Source: Anaeromyxobacteraceae bacterium (GTDB taxonomy: Bacteria > Myxococcota > Myxococcia > Myxococcales > Anaeromyxobacteraceae). From it: 64,000 nucleotides of DNA. Positions 9,220 to 19,604 of the stretch are shown here, piece by piece. The DNA is taken from positions 640,001 to 704,000 of the forward strand of contig JAULAX010000015.1 of the NCBI GenBank assembly GCA_032654565.1, written 5' to 3'. Position 1 is the stretch's first letter. Each line of letters opens with the position of its first letter. The notes under the pieces were generated by a model. It saw only the letters and a list, made by a program, of their open reading frames with translations. It searched no databases and was not told the origin of the DNA. Both the position numbers and the translations under genes were made by a program.

Positions 9220-11505
9220 CTACTTGGCGCCGGGCCAGGTGCTGAAGTTGTCCTCGCCCGGGTGCTGCACGTTGAAGAAGAGCGTGCGCTGGTCGGAGGA
9301 GAAGGCCGGCCCGGTGGCCTCGGCGTCGCTGGGGACGGCCGCGATGCGGAATGGCTTGCCGTAGGTGACCGTGCTGGTCGCCCGGTGCGCCGGATCGAGG
9401 TCCAGGTAGTAGAGCGCGTCGGAGTGCTTGTTGGTGCCGAAGTTGCCGTCGGTGCCGAACCAGACGCCGCCCTCACGGTCGATCATCAGGTTGTCCGGGT
9501 TGGCGGCGTCCTGCAGGCCGGTGCCGCCGGTGCCGAGCCAGGGGATGAAGTAGGTGAAGGTGCTGGAGGTCGAGGGGTCGGCCGCGTTGGCCTCCTGAAT
9601 GGCCCAGATCGAGCCGTAGGGATCGGGCCGAACCGCGACGCTGGCGGTCAGCAGGCCGTCCTGGTTGAGCGCCGGGCGGGTGCCGTTCTTGGTGAGCGCG
9701 GCGTAGAGGCGCGGCGTGCCCGACGCATCCTTCGGGTTCCACTCCAGGTCCTCGGGCCGGTTGAGCTCCATGACGCCGATCTTGTTGGAGGCGGTGAAGA
9801 GGGCGCGGCGCACCGCGTCGACGTCGGGGAAGCCGCCCAGCCCATTCCAGCTGAGGTCCTTGAGCGCGTTTCCGATGGTGGTGCCGGCGGCCAGCGTGCC
9901 CTTCCCGGCGTTGGGGGCCACGTCGGTGGAGGTGGTGGAGAGCAGCAGCCACCGGCCCGAGCCGGGCGCCGCCTCGGTCGGGGTGACGGCGGCGCCGCCG
10001 CCGGCCGGGAGGATCTTCAGGCCGGTCACGTTGTCGAGCCCGTCGAACTGGGCCACGTAGAGCGACCCGGCGTCGAGGAGGGCGCGGGCCTGGGCCTTGG
10101 TCATGCCGGCCGTGTAGGGCGCGGCGGAGACCCACTTGTAGATGCGGCCGCTGCGGCGGTCGTCACCGGCGTAGACCACCACCTTCTGCCCCACCGGCAG
10201 CTTCCAGGAGGCGTCGACGACGAAGGTGGCGTTCTCCCAGCGGGCCCGGCCGAAGACGCCGAGCTTGCGGTGGCCGACGCCAGCGGTGGTCTTGCCGTAG
10301 TACTCGCCGGCGGCGGCGCCCGGGTCGATCTCGGCGAGGTAGCCGAGGTGGTCCTTCGAGTGCACGGCGGTGGCGGCCGGGTTCTGGCCCAGCACCGAGG
10401 TCGGGGAGGCCGGGTAGTCGAAGCTGACGTTGGCGCCGGGGTTGAAGCCCTTGCCGGCCACGAACTGGTTGGAGGAGCTCCAGACCGGCTCGAGGTCACC
10501 GACGAGGTCCTGTGGGTTCTCCTCGCCGGCGAGGATGGTCCCCCAGGGGGTCTGGGCGCCGGAGCAGCTCGAGGCGGTCCCGGGGATGACGCCGGCGGCC
10601 AGCGCCGTCCCGTCGTCGGCGCTGGCGATGCCGGAGCCGAGCGCCATGCCGGTGAGGGCCAGCAGCGTGTCGCTGGTGGCGTCGTAGCGCTTGTTGGCAG
10701 CGCCGAGGTCGACCTGCCAGGCGAGGGTGGCCGGGTCCTGCACGACGCGCATCCAGGTGCCGCCCAGCTGCTTCTTGTACTCGCGCAGGTAGGTGGTGAG
10801 CGAAGCGGCGTCGAAGGGCTTGGTGACGTCATTGGAGAGCAATCCCTGCCGGGCCAGCTCCTTCGCCAGCTGGAGGTTCTGGCCGGTGGGGGCGGCGGTC
10901 AGGCTCGGAGCGCCGTTCGAGATGTACTCGTGGTTGACATAGACCCAGCCGGAGCTGCCCGAGCCGTTCCACTGCGGCGCTGCGCCAGGCGTGGCGTCCC
11001 AGCCGTCGCCGAAGAAGGCGATGTAGTCGTTGTTGGCGCCGAAGCGCGGGGTGGCGGTGCCGAGGCTGAAGGCGAGCGGGTCCATCCAGGAGGCGACCAC
11101 GCTCGGGTGGACGCCGGCCAGCGCGCGCAGGTCGTCGGTGGCGCTGGCGGCCACGAAGGCGGAGGCGGCGGTGCGGGTCCCGGCGGCGACCTCGCCGACC
11201 AGCCCCTTCACGTGGGTGGGGAGGTCGCCGGTGGCGCCGGTGAAGGCGAGCGCGACCATGGAGGGGAGGTTGGGGCCGGGCGCGGTCGGGCCAACGGGAC
11301 CAGTGGGGCCGGTGGGGCCAGCAGGGCCGGTGGGGCCGGTAGGACCAGAGGGACCGGTAGAACCAGCAGAACCAGCAGAACCTGCAGGACCGGTGGGACC
11401 GGTGGGACCAGCAGGACCGGCGCTGCCGGAGTCCCCGGTGCAAGCAGTGAGAGAGATGGTGAGTGCGGCGAGCGACAGGCCGAGCTTGAGCGGACTGCGA
11501 TTCAT
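9220..11505 (-). CDS. phoX: PhoX-family alkaline phosphatase, lipoprotein with collagen-like linker
   Basis: [34 protein letters not shown] and [23 protein letters not shown] motifs; lipobox LTAC. Confidence 0.9.
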   Translation of the reverse strand: MNRSPLKLGLSLAALTISLTACTGDSGSAGPAGPTGPTGPAGSAGSAGSTGPSGPTGPTGPAGPTGPTGPVGPTAPGPNLPSMVALAFTGATGDLPTHVKGLVGEVAAGTRTAASAFVAASATDDLRALAGVHPSVVASWMDPLAFSLGTATPRFGANNDYIAFFGDGWDATPGAAPQWNGSGSSGWVYVNHEYISNGAPSLTAAPTGQNLQLAKELARQGLLSNDVTKPFDAASLTTYLREYKKQLGGTWMRVVQDPATLAWQVDLGAANKRYDATSDTLLALTGMALGSGIASADDGTALAAGVIPGTASSCSGAQTPWGTILAGEENPQDLVGDLEPVWSSSNQFVAGKGFNPGANVSFDYPASPTSVLGQNPAATAVHSKDHLGYLAEIDPGAAAGEYYGKTTAGVGHRKLGVFGRARWENATFVVDASWKLPVGQKVVVYAGDDRRSGRIYKWVSAAPYTAGMTKAQARALLDAGSLYVAQFDGLDNVTGLKILPAGGGAAVTPTEAAPGSGRWLLLSTTSTDVAPNAGKGTLAAGTTIGNALKDLSWNGLGGFPDVDAVRRALFTASNKIGVMELNRPEDLEWNPKDASGTPRLYAALTKNGTRPALNQDGLLTASVAVRPDPYGSIWAIQEANAADPSTSSTFTYFIPWLGTGGTGLQDAANPDNLMIDREGGVWFGTDGNFGTNKHSDALYYLDLDPAHRATSTVTYGKPFRIAAVPSDAEATGPAFSSDQRTLFFNVQHPGEDNFSTWPGAK

Positions 11506-11654
11506 GAGCGGTGACCTCCCGTCCGGAGATGGACCACTCGCTCATACGTCCCGCTCGCGGGGGCGACCGGGACGGGTGCGTGAAGGCTCGGCGTCGCGGC
11601 GGTGTCGCCGTCACCAATACGACACAGGCGGCGCTGCCCGGGTCGATGGCGTCC

Positions 11655-12689
11655 TCACCACCGCGCCCGCAGCCTGGCCGCAGAGGCCTCCGGGGCCTCG
11701 GTGTGCACGTCGTCGCCGCCGAAGAGCGGCCCGAACCAGCTCTCGTAGTTCACGTACATGGGCTTGAACGGCGGGCGCGAGCAGGCCCGCACCTGCAGGG
11801 CGAACTCGCCGCCACGCCCCGGCGCCGGGCTGGAGAGGAAGGCGAAGTTGAAGGGGTGGGCCCCCACCTCCTCGTAGAAGGAGAGGACCCGGTGCAGGCC
11901 GGCGGCCAGCCCCTCGACCGCGGCGTCGTCGAGCTCGACCAGGCTGCCCACCCCCGGCACCAGCCCCCAGACCTCGCGCTGGTGGGTCGGGGCGAAGGCG
12001 GCCAGCCACTCCACCGGGCCGTCGCGCCCCAGGTACCGGCCCCCGGCGGCGCGCTCCGACTCGACCAGCTCGCGCCAGAAGTCCCGGCCGGTGCGGGCCC
12101 GCCAGGCGGCGCTGGCCTCGAGCAGGCGGGTCACGCCGGAGTAGGGGACGCCGCGCACGTGCACCTGGAAGTGCGGGTGGGGGACGCTGGAGCCGGCCGG
12201 CGGCAGGAAGTTCATCCCCACCAGGTGGTGGACGGCGCGCGGATCGGCGGCGCGGGCCCGGCGCACCAGCTCGGCCGCGGCGCGGATGCCGTTGGCCAGC
12301 GCCGCCGCCCCGACCCGGGACGGGAAGAGCACGTGGTTGGCGACGTCGAGGACCACCACCGAGTCGCGGGTGCACTTGGAGAAGAGGTTGGGCATGGCCA
12401 GGGCCCCGCCGAAGCGGAGCTGCCCCTCCGGCGCGAAGGACGGGTCGTAGCGGGTCCCCTTCTCGGCGGCGCCGCAGAACGGGCAGCCGGCCCGGCTCTT
12501 CTCCTGCAGCTCCTCGAGGAGCGGCAGGTCGGCCACCCCGAGGAAGACCCGGGCCTTCTCGCCCAGCGCCAGGTTGATGGAGGCCACCTGCCCGGTGAGC
12601 GGGTCGGTGCGGTGCTCGATCACCTGCTCGACCGGCTGGCCGGAGGGATCGAGGAGGGTGGCCTTCTCGGTGATCGAGACCAGGTCCAT
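11655..12689 (-). CDS. GalT-like nucleotidyltransferase (HIT superfamily)
   Basis: RTDPLTG, CPFC zinc motif and GSSVPHPHFQ catalytic HxHxQ. Confidence 0.8.
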   Translation of the reverse strand: MDLVSITEKATLLDPSGQPVEQVIEHRTDPLTGQVASINLALGEKARVFLGVADLPLLEELQEKSRAGCPFCGAAEKGTRYDPSFAPEGQLRFGGALAMPNLFSKCTRDSVVVLDVANHVLFPSRVGAAALANGIRAAAELVRRARAADPRAVHHLVGMNFLPPAGSSVPHPHFQVHVRGVPYSGVTRLLEASAAWRARTGRDFWRELVESERAAGGRYLGRDGPVEWLAAFAPTHQREVWGLVPGVGSLVELDDAAVEGLAAGLHRVLSFYEEVGAHPFNFAFLSSPAPGRGGEFALQVRACSRPPFKPMYVNYESWFGPLFGGDDVHTEAPEASAARLRARW

Positions 12690-12837
12690 GTGCGGCTCCG
12701 CAGGTGGAGGGAGGGGGGTGCCGCCGCCGACGATAGCGCAGCGGGAGGTGGCCGGGCGCCCCGGCGCCGCATTTCGGCTACCCTGAGGCCTCCCGGCGTC
12801 CCCCTCCGCTCCCGCACGCCGGCCCCCCGGAGCCTGC

Positions 12838-15471
12838 ATGTCCATCGAAGCGCGCCTCCTCGGCCTCATCGTCGGCCTCCACCTCGCCGCCGCGCCGCTG
12901 GCCGCCGCCGCGGCCGCGCCGGCGGTGCCCAGCCCGCGCCAGGCCTTCGGCTTCGAGCCCGGCGAGGACCGCGCGCTCGTCGACTACCCCCAGCTGGTCG
13001 GCTACCTGCAGGACGTCGCCCGGGCCTCCGACCGGGTGCGGCTGCGCGAGGTGGGGAAGAGCCCGGAGGGGCGCCCCATGTACGTGGTCTTCGTCTCGGC
13101 GCCGGAGAACCTGGCCCGGCTCGAGGAGCTGCGGCGCATCAACCAGCGGCTGGCGCTCGACCCGGCCATCCCGGCCGCGGAGCGGGCCCGGCTGGTCCGC
13201 GACGGGCGGGTCTTCCTCATGGAGACGCTCTCGATGCACTCCGACGAGGTGGGGCCGGCCCAGGCCCTGCCGGCCTGGGTCCACGAGCTCGCCACCACCC
13301 GGGATCCGGCCACCCTGGCCCGCCTCGACAAGGTGGTCCTGATGATCGTCCCCACCCACAACCCCGACGGCATGGAGATGGTGGTCCGCTACTACCGCCA
13401 GTCGAAGGGGACGCCCTACCAGGGGGCCGACTTCCCCGGCCTCTACCACCGCTACGTCGGCCACGACAACAACCGGGACTACGTCACGCTCACGCAGTCC
13501 GACACCCGGGTGGTGAGCCGGCTCTACTCCACCGAGTGGTACCCGCAGGTGCTGGTGGACAAGCACCAGATGGGCGAGACCGGCCCGCGCTACTTCGTCC
13601 CGCCCAGCCACGACCCCATCGCCGAGAACGTCGACGAGTCGCTCTGGACCTGGTGCGCCTCGCTGGGGAGCGCCATGTCCCGGGACATGGGGGCCGACGG
13701 CCTGGCCGGGGTGGCCACCCACTGGGCCTTCGACGACTACTGGCCGGGCTCCACCGAGACCTCGGCCTGGAAGAACGTGGTGAGCCTGCTCACCGAGGCG
13801 GCCAGCGCCCGCGTCGCCACCCCGCTCTGGATCGAGCCCAACGAGCTCTCCGGCCGCGGCAAGGGGCTCGCCGAGTACCGGAAGAGCGTCAACATGCCCG
13901 CCCCCTGGCCGGGCGGCTGGTGGCGCCTCGCCGACATCGTCGCCTACGAGCTCTCCTCGTCCCGCTCGCTGCTGCGCTCCGCCGCCGAGCACAAGGACGA
14001 GCTGCTGACGCTGCGCAATGACCTGGCCGTCAAGGCGGTGGCCCTGGGGCGGAGCGCGCCGCCCTACCACTTCGTCCTGCCGCGCCGGCAGCACGACCCG
14101 GGCGCGCTGGCCGAGCTGACGCGGCTGCTCGGCGAGCACGGGGTGGTGGTCCAGGAGCTGGGCGCGCCGGTGACGGTGGACGGCCAGGCCTTCGAGGCCG
14201 GTGACGTGGTGGTGCCGCTGGCCCAGCCCTACCGCGCCTTCGTCAAGGAGGTGCTGGAGTCGCAGCGCTTCCCGCAGCGCCACTACACGCCGGGCGGCGA
14301 GCTCATCAAGCCCTACGACATCACCAGCTGGTCGCTCACCGCCCAGGCCGGCCTGCAGGTGGTGACGCTCACCACCCGCTCGGCCCCGCTGGAGGCGGCG
14401 CTGCGCCCGCTCTCCGCCCCGGCCGCGAGGCCGCCGACCCCGGCGGGCAGCTGGGGGCTCGGCTTCCCGGCCCAGGCCAACGACTCGCACCGGGCCGCCT
14501 GGGCGGCGCTGGCCCAGGGGCTGGAGGTGTCGCGCCTGCGCGCCCCGCTGGCGGTGGAGGGGCGGACCCTCGCGGCCGGCAGCTTCCTGGTGCACGGTCC
14601 GCCGGACGCGTTGACCGCGCTGGCGGCCGGCGTGGCGGCGCCGCCGGTGGTGCTGCCCCGGGCCCCGGTCGCGCCGGCGACGCGGGTCAAGCCGCCGCGC
14701 GTCGGCCTGGTGGAGACCTGGTTCGAGCACGCCGACTCGGGCTGGACCCGCTGGCTCCTCGACGACTACCGCGTCCCCTTCACCGTGATCCGGCCCGGCG
14801 ACCTGGCCCGGGCCGACCTCGGCAAGCTCGACGTGCTGGTCTTCCCCAGCGCCGAGAAGACCATCCTCACCAAGGGGCTCTACAAGGACGACGAGGTGCT
14901 GCGGGCCCCCGACTATCCGCCGGCCTACCGCCAGGGGCTCGGGGCCAAGGGGGTGGAGCGGCTGGTGGCCTTCATCGAGCGGGGCGGCACGGTGCTGGCC
15001 TGGGGCGACTCGGTGGGGCTCTTCACCGACGAGCTCAAGCTGAAGCGGCCCGGGCGGGACGACGAGGAGACCATCCAGCTGCCGGTGCGGGAGGTGAGCG
15101 AGGACCGGCAGAAGAAGAAGAAGCTCTACGTCCCCGGCGCCTGGCTCAAGCTGCTGGTGCGCAACGACCACCCGCTCACCTGGGGGATACCGGCCGAGGC
15201 CGGCGCCTTCTCGCGGGGACACGCGCTGGAGACCACCACGCCGCGGCCGGACACCGACCGGCGCGTGCTGGCCCGCTACCCGGAGCGCGGGCTGCTCGGC
15301 AGCGGCTACCTCGAGCACGAGGAGGTCATCGCCGACTCACCGGCGGTGGTCTGGGTCCGGCTGGGGAAGGGGCAGCTGGCGCTGCTGGCCTTCAGCCCGC
15401 AGGGCCGGGCCTCGACGCCGGCCACCTACAAGCTGCTGTTCAACGGCCTGCTGCTGCCACCGCTGGAGTGA
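12838..15471 (+). CDS. secreted M14-family zinc carboxypeptidase with C-terminal glutamine-amidotransferase-like domain
   Basis: Signal peptide; HSDE (HxxE), NPDG, HDNNRD and DKHQMG motifs. Confidence 0.85.
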   Translation: MSIEARLLGLIVGLHLAAAPLAAAAAAPAVPSPRQAFGFEPGEDRALVDYPQLVGYLQDVARASDRVRLREVGKSPEGRPMYVVFVSAPENLARLEELRRINQRLALDPAIPAAERARLVRDGRVFLMETLSMHSDEVGPAQALPAWVHELATTRDPATLARLDKVVLMIVPTHNPDGMEMVVRYYRQSKGTPYQGADFPGLYHRYVGHDNNRDYVTLTQSDTRVVSRLYSTEWYPQVLVDKHQMGETGPRYFVPPSHDPIAENVDESLWTWCASLGSAMSRDMGADGLAGVATHWAFDDYWPGSTETSAWKNVVSLLTEAASARVATPLWIEPNELSGRGKGLAEYRKSVNMPAPWPGGWWRLADIVAYELSSSRSLLRSAAEHKDELLTLRNDLAVKAVALGRSAPPYHFVLPRRQHDPGALAELTRLLGEHGVVVQELGAPVTVDGQAFEAGDVVVPLAQPYRAFVKEVLESQRFPQRHYTPGGELIKPYDITSWSLTAQAGLQVVTLTTRSAPLEAALRPLSAPAARPPTPAGSWGLGFPAQANDSHRAAWAALAQGLEVSRLRAPLAVEGRTLAAGSFLVHGPPDALTALAAGVAAPPVVLPRAPVAPATRVKPPRVGLVETWFEHADSGWTRWLLDDYRVPFTVIRPGDLARADLGKLDVLVFPSAEKTILTKGLYKDDEVLRAPDYPPAYRQGLGAKGVERLVAFIERGGTVLAWGDSVGLFTDELKLKRPGRDDEETIQLPVREVSEDRQKKKKLYVPGAWLKLLVRNDHPLTWGIPAEAGAFSRGHALETTTPRPDTDRRVLARYPERGLLGSGYLEHEEVIADSPAVVWVRLGKGQLALLAFSPQGRASTPATYKLLFNGLLLPPLE

Positions 15472-15478
15472 GGCGACC

Positions 15479-15949
15479 ATGAAGAAGGCGATCCAGGACC
15501 TGCTGCCCGGCAACCACTGCTGGGGGTGTGGGTCCGACAACCCGCACGGCCTCCGCATCAAGAGCTACCTCGAGGGCGACGACACGGTCTGCCGGTTCCA
15601 GCCCTCGCCGCAGCACATGGCCGGGCCGACCCACGTGGTCTACGGCGGCATCATCGCCTCGGTCATCGACTGCCACTCCGTGATCACCGCCATCGCCGAC
15701 CTGCACCGGGTCGAGGGGCGGGAGGTGGGGAGCGCCCCGCCGCTCTGGGCAGTGACCGCCTCGCTCAAGATCGACTACCTGGCCCCGGTGCCCATCGACC
15801 AGCCCATGGAGCTGCGGGCCCGGGTGCGCGAGACCCGGGGGCGGAAGCGGATCGTCGACTGCACCCTGAGCTCGGGCGGCACGATCTGCGCCCGGGCCGA
15901 GGTGGTGGCGGTGACGGTCTCGGCCGCCTGGACCACGCCGCCGGCCTGA
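15479..15949 (+). CDS. PaaI-family hotdog-fold thioesterase
   Basis: CWGCGSDNPHGL, VYGGIIASVIDCH and VTASLKIDYLAPVP motifs. Confidence 0.85.
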   Translation: MKKAIQDLLPGNHCWGCGSDNPHGLRIKSYLEGDDTVCRFQPSPQHMAGPTHVVYGGIIASVIDCHSVITAIADLHRVEGREVGSAPPLWAVTASLKIDYLAPVPIDQPMELRARVRETRGRKRIVDCTLSSGGTICARAEVVAVTVSAAWTTPPA

Positions 15950-16064
15950 CGGCTGGCCAGCTTCGCTCCGAGTCGCTAGCATCCGCTCCAGATCCGTCAC
16001 GCGCCCGGCCCTCACCCAGGTTATGTCCCCCCGACCCGTCACGCCTTCGCACCGGAGACCCGAC

Positions 16065-17732
16065 ATGCGCCGACCCCCCCGCCGCCTCCTCGCCCTCGCC
16101 AGCGTCCTCCTCTCCGTCGGCCTCGCCGCCTGCTCCAGTGAGAAGGAGACCACCGTGAGCTTCGCCCACGGCGTCGCCAGCGGCGACCCGCTGGCCGACC
16201 GGGTCATCCTCTGGACCCGGGCCATGCCGTCGCGCGCCGAGGCGGTGACCCTCGACTGGCAGGTGGCCAGCGACCAGGCCTTCACCGCGGTGGTGGCCTC
16301 GGGCCAGGTGACCACCTCGGCGGCCTCCGACTACACCGCCAAGGTGGACGCCACCGGCCTGGCCGCCGGCACCCGCTACTTCTACCGGTTCCGCCACGGC
16401 GGCGAGGTGTCGCCGGTGGGGCGCACCAAGACCCTGCCCACCGGCGCCGTCAGCCAGGTGAAGCTGGCGGTCTTCTCCTGCTCCAACTACCCGGCCGGCT
16501 ACTTCAACACCTACGCCGACGCCGCCGGCGAGCCCGGCCTCGACCTGGCCCTCCACCTCGGCGACACCATCTACGAGTACGGCCAGGGCAAGTACGCCTC
16601 CGCCGACGCCGCCGCCCTGGGCCGGCTGGTGGACCCCGTGGGCGACCTGCTGACGCTCTCCGACTACCGGCGCCGCTACGCCCAGTACCGCACCGACGCC
16701 GACCTGCAGGCGATCATGGGCGTGGTCCCGTTCGTGGTGGTCTGGGACGATCACGAGGTGGCCAACGACGCCTGGACCGGCGGCGCCGAGAACCACGACC
16801 CGCTCACCCAGGGCGACTACCTGGTCCGGCGCGCCGCCGCCATCCAGGCCTTCAACGAGTGGACGCCCAACCGCCTGCCCGACCCGGCCCGTCCCGACAA
16901 GATCTACCGCTCCTTCGACTTCGGCACCCTGGCCTCGCTCCACATGCTCGACACCCGCCACATCGGGCGCGACAAGCAGCTGCTCATCGCCGACTACTTC
17001 AAGGCCGACGGCTCCTTCGACACCGCCGGCTTCACCACCGCCATGGGCAACCCGGCCCGCCAGCTGCTCGGCGCCGAGCAGACCACCTGGCTGCAGGGGA
17101 AGCTCTCGGCCTCCACCGCCACCTGGCAGCTGCTCGGCCAGCAGGTGGTGATGGGGCGCATGAACGTGCCGGTGCCCATCGCCCTGCAGCAGGTGACGGT
17201 GGCCGCCTACGCCGCCATCGCCGTGAAGTACTTCACCAACCCCGGCTCGCTGACGGCGGCGGAGCTGGCCATCATCAGCGCCCCCTCCATCCCCTACAAC
17301 CTCGACGCATGGGACGGCTACGTGGTGCCGCGCGAGACCGTGCTGGGCATGGCCCGGGCCATGGACAAGAACCTGGTGGTCCTCTCCGGCGACACCCACA
17401 ACGCCTGGGCCAACGACCTCGACGACCTGGCCAGGAACAAGGTGGGCGTGGAGTTCGCCGGGCCCGGCGTCTCCGCGCCCGGGCTGGAGGAGATCTTCGC
17501 CAACGACGACCCGGGGGCCTTCGCCGCAGGCGTCACCCAGCTGATCCCGTCGCTGGCCTACGCCGACACCAGCCGCCGCGGCTGGATGCTGATCACCGCC
17601 ACGCCGACCGAGGTCACCGGCGACTGGCGCTTCGTCTCCACCGTCAAGTCCCGCTACTACTCGAGCAGCTCGGGCAAGCAGCTCAAGGTGCTCCCCGGCG
17701 CCGCCGGCCGGCGCCTGGTGGCGGCCCCGTAG
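16065..17732 (+). CDS. phoD: PhoD-family alkaline phosphatase, predicted lipoprotein
   Basis: FAHGVASGDP, HLGDTIYEY, WDDHEVAND and LSGDTHNAW motifs; RR-containing signal with LAAC lipobox. Confidence 0.95.
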   Translation: MRRPPRRLLALASVLLSVGLAACSSEKETTVSFAHGVASGDPLADRVILWTRAMPSRAEAVTLDWQVASDQAFTAVVASGQVTTSAASDYTAKVDATGLAAGTRYFYRFRHGGEVSPVGRTKTLPTGAVSQVKLAVFSCSNYPAGYFNTYADAAGEPGLDLALHLGDTIYEYGQGKYASADAAALGRLVDPVGDLLTLSDYRRRYAQYRTDADLQAIMGVVPFVVVWDDHEVANDAWTGGAENHDPLTQGDYLVRRAAAIQAFNEWTPNRLPDPARPDKIYRSFDFGTLASLHMLDTRHIGRDKQLLIADYFKADGSFDTAGFTTAMGNPARQLLGAEQTTWLQGKLSASTATWQLLGQQVVMGRMNVPVPIALQQVTVAAYAAIAVKYFTNPGSLTAAELAIISAPSIPYNLDAWDGYVVPRETVLGMARAMDKNLVVLSGDTHNAWANDLDDLARNKVGVEFAGPGVSAPGLEEIFANDDPGAFAAGVTQLIPSLAYADTSRRGWMLITATPTEVTGDWRFVSTVKSRYYSSSSGKQLKVLPGAAGRRLVAAP

Positions 17733-17959
17733 CTGGTCCCGACCCCGGGATCGTCCGGGAGCGAGCGCCATGATGACCTGACCCGGGGCCAGCCCACCCC
17801 GGGTCCCTCTCGACCCCGGCGCCGGCACCGGCCCGCTCCGGATCGCCTCCACTCTTCGGTGGCACGAAGGGTGTAGCGATCCGGTCTGGGAGGCCGGTGG
17901 TGATGGGACGATCCGTGGGTGAGACAGCGGTCGCAGGCGTCGGGCCGGCCAGGCCGGCC

Positions 17960-18778
17960 ATGGGCGGCGGCGCCGAGCGCCGCAGGGACCGGCGTCATCC
18001 GTGCCGGATCCGGCTGGTGGTCACCCGGAGCGGTCACGACCAGGCGGTGGTGACCGAGGACGTCAGCTTCACCGGGCTCTTCTTCAGGACCGACACGCCC
18101 ATCGCCGAGCGGCAGCTGGTGCGGCTCCGGTTGGAGCTCCCCCCCGATGGCCAGGAGCTCGCGGTGATGGGGATGGTGGCCCGCAACGTCCCGGCCCGCG
18201 GCGGCCTGCCGCCAGGGATCGGCATCCAGTTCTACGCGCTCGCCCCCGCGGAGCGGAAGCGCTGGTTCGCCTTCGTCCGATCGGCGGCGTCCGCCCCGGC
18301 CGTGGCGGTGGCGGTGGCGGGACCCGCGGTGGTCTCACCACCGGTCACCGAGGCGGTGCGGCGCCAGTTCCCGCGCCACCCGGCGGCCCTCAAGGTCCTG
18401 CTCCACTCGATCGACGACCTGCGCACCTTCTACACGCGCAACGTCTCCAAGGGGGGTCTCTTCATCTCCACCACCCTGGAGATCCCCGAGGGGACGGCGT
18501 TGAAGGTGAGCGTGATCCACCCGAAGTCGCAGGAGCGCTTCACCCTCATGGCGGTGGTCAGGCGGCGCGCCACCGCGGGCGATCCCGGCCTCGGGCTGGA
18601 GTTCGCCGCGCTGGACGAGCACCGCCGCGAGGAGTTCTACGAGTTCATCAGTTCCGAGCTCCCGGTCGAGGAGATGGTCTACGTCGCCGAGGGTGATCGG
18701 CTCCTGGCCCGCTCGCTCCCGTCCGAAGCGCCGGAGCTGGTCGACCTCGACGAGCTGGAGCTGTTCCCAGGGGAGTAG
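17960..18778 (+). CDS. tandem PilZ-domain protein
   Basis: Two RxxxR ... (D/N)xSxxG motifs (RRDRR/DVSFTG; RQFPR/NVSKGG); start uncertain (17897-17960). Confidence 0.8.
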   Translation: MGGGAERRRDRRHPCRIRLVVTRSGHDQAVVTEDVSFTGLFFRTDTPIAERQLVRLRLELPPDGQELAVMGMVARNVPARGGLPPGIGIQFYALAPAERKRWFAFVRSAASAPAVAVAVAGPAVVSPPVTEAVRRQFPRHPAALKVLLHSIDDLRTFYTRNVSKGGLFISTTLEIPEGTALKVSVIHPKSQERFTLMAVVRRRATAGDPGLGLEFAALDEHRREEFYEFISSELPVEEMVYVAEGDRLLARSLPSEAPELVDLDELELFPGE

Positions 18779-18794
18779 TGGTAGCTTCCCCGCC

Positions 18795-19565
18795 ATGCCG
18801 GTGGTGAAGCTGGTCCTGGAGTACGACGGCACCCGTTACGTGGGCTGGCAGCTCCAGCCCAACGGGCCGTCGATCCAGGCCGAGGTGGAGCGGGCGCTGG
18901 AGGCGCTGCACAAGGCCCCGCGCCGGGTCATCGCCGCCGGGCGCACCGACGCCGGGGTCCACGCCCTCGGCCAGGTGCTCTCCTTCGTCGAGGCGGCGCC
19001 GCTCCCGGAGAAGGCCTACGTCAAGGGGATGAACGGCCTGCTCCCCCAGGACATCGCGGTGCGCGCCGCCACGGTGGAGCCGGACGGCTTCGACGCCCGG
19101 CGCAGCGCCTCGGGGAAGCGGTACCGCTACCGGATCGAGAACGGCCACACCCGCGCCCCGCTGTCGCGGCACGTGGCCTGGCAGGTCTTCCGGCCGCTCG
19201 ACGCCGCCGCCATGCGGGCCGCCGCCGTCCACCTGCTGGGCCGCCACGACTTCGCCTGCTTCCAGGCGGCCGACTGCGCCTGCGCCCACGCCGTCCGCAC
19301 CATCCGCCGCTGCGAGGTGATCGGCGAGTCCGGCGGCCGCATCGACCTGGTGCTGGAGGCCACCGCCTTCGTGCGCCACATGGTCCGCAACATCGCCGGC
19401 ACGCTGGTCGACGTCGGCATGGGGCGGCGCACCCCGGAGTCGATCCCCCCGCTGCTGCTGACCCGGGCCCGGGCGCTGGCCGGCCCCACGGCGCCGCCGC
19501 AGGGGCTCTGCCTCGAGGAGGTCTTCTACGGGGACCGCGAGGCCGGGGACGGCGAGGCGGAGTGA
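18795..19565 (+). CDS. truA: tRNA pseudouridine(38-40) synthase
   Basis: YDGTRYVGWQ, AGRTDAGVHA and GPTAPPQGL motifs. Confidence 0.97.
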   Translation: MPVVKLVLEYDGTRYVGWQLQPNGPSIQAEVERALEALHKAPRRVIAAGRTDAGVHALGQVLSFVEAAPLPEKAYVKGMNGLLPQDIAVRAATVEPDGFDARRSASGKRYRYRIENGHTRAPLSRHVAWQVFRPLDAAAMRAAAVHLLGRHDFACFQAADCACAHAVRTIRRCEVIGESGGRIDLVLEATAFVRHMVRNIAGTLVDVGMGRRTPESIPPLLLTRARALAGPTAPPQGLCLEEVFYGDREAGDGEAE

Positions 19566-19604
19566 CGCCGTCCGGCGCGCGGCCGGCGGGGGCGTGACGG
19601 GCGC

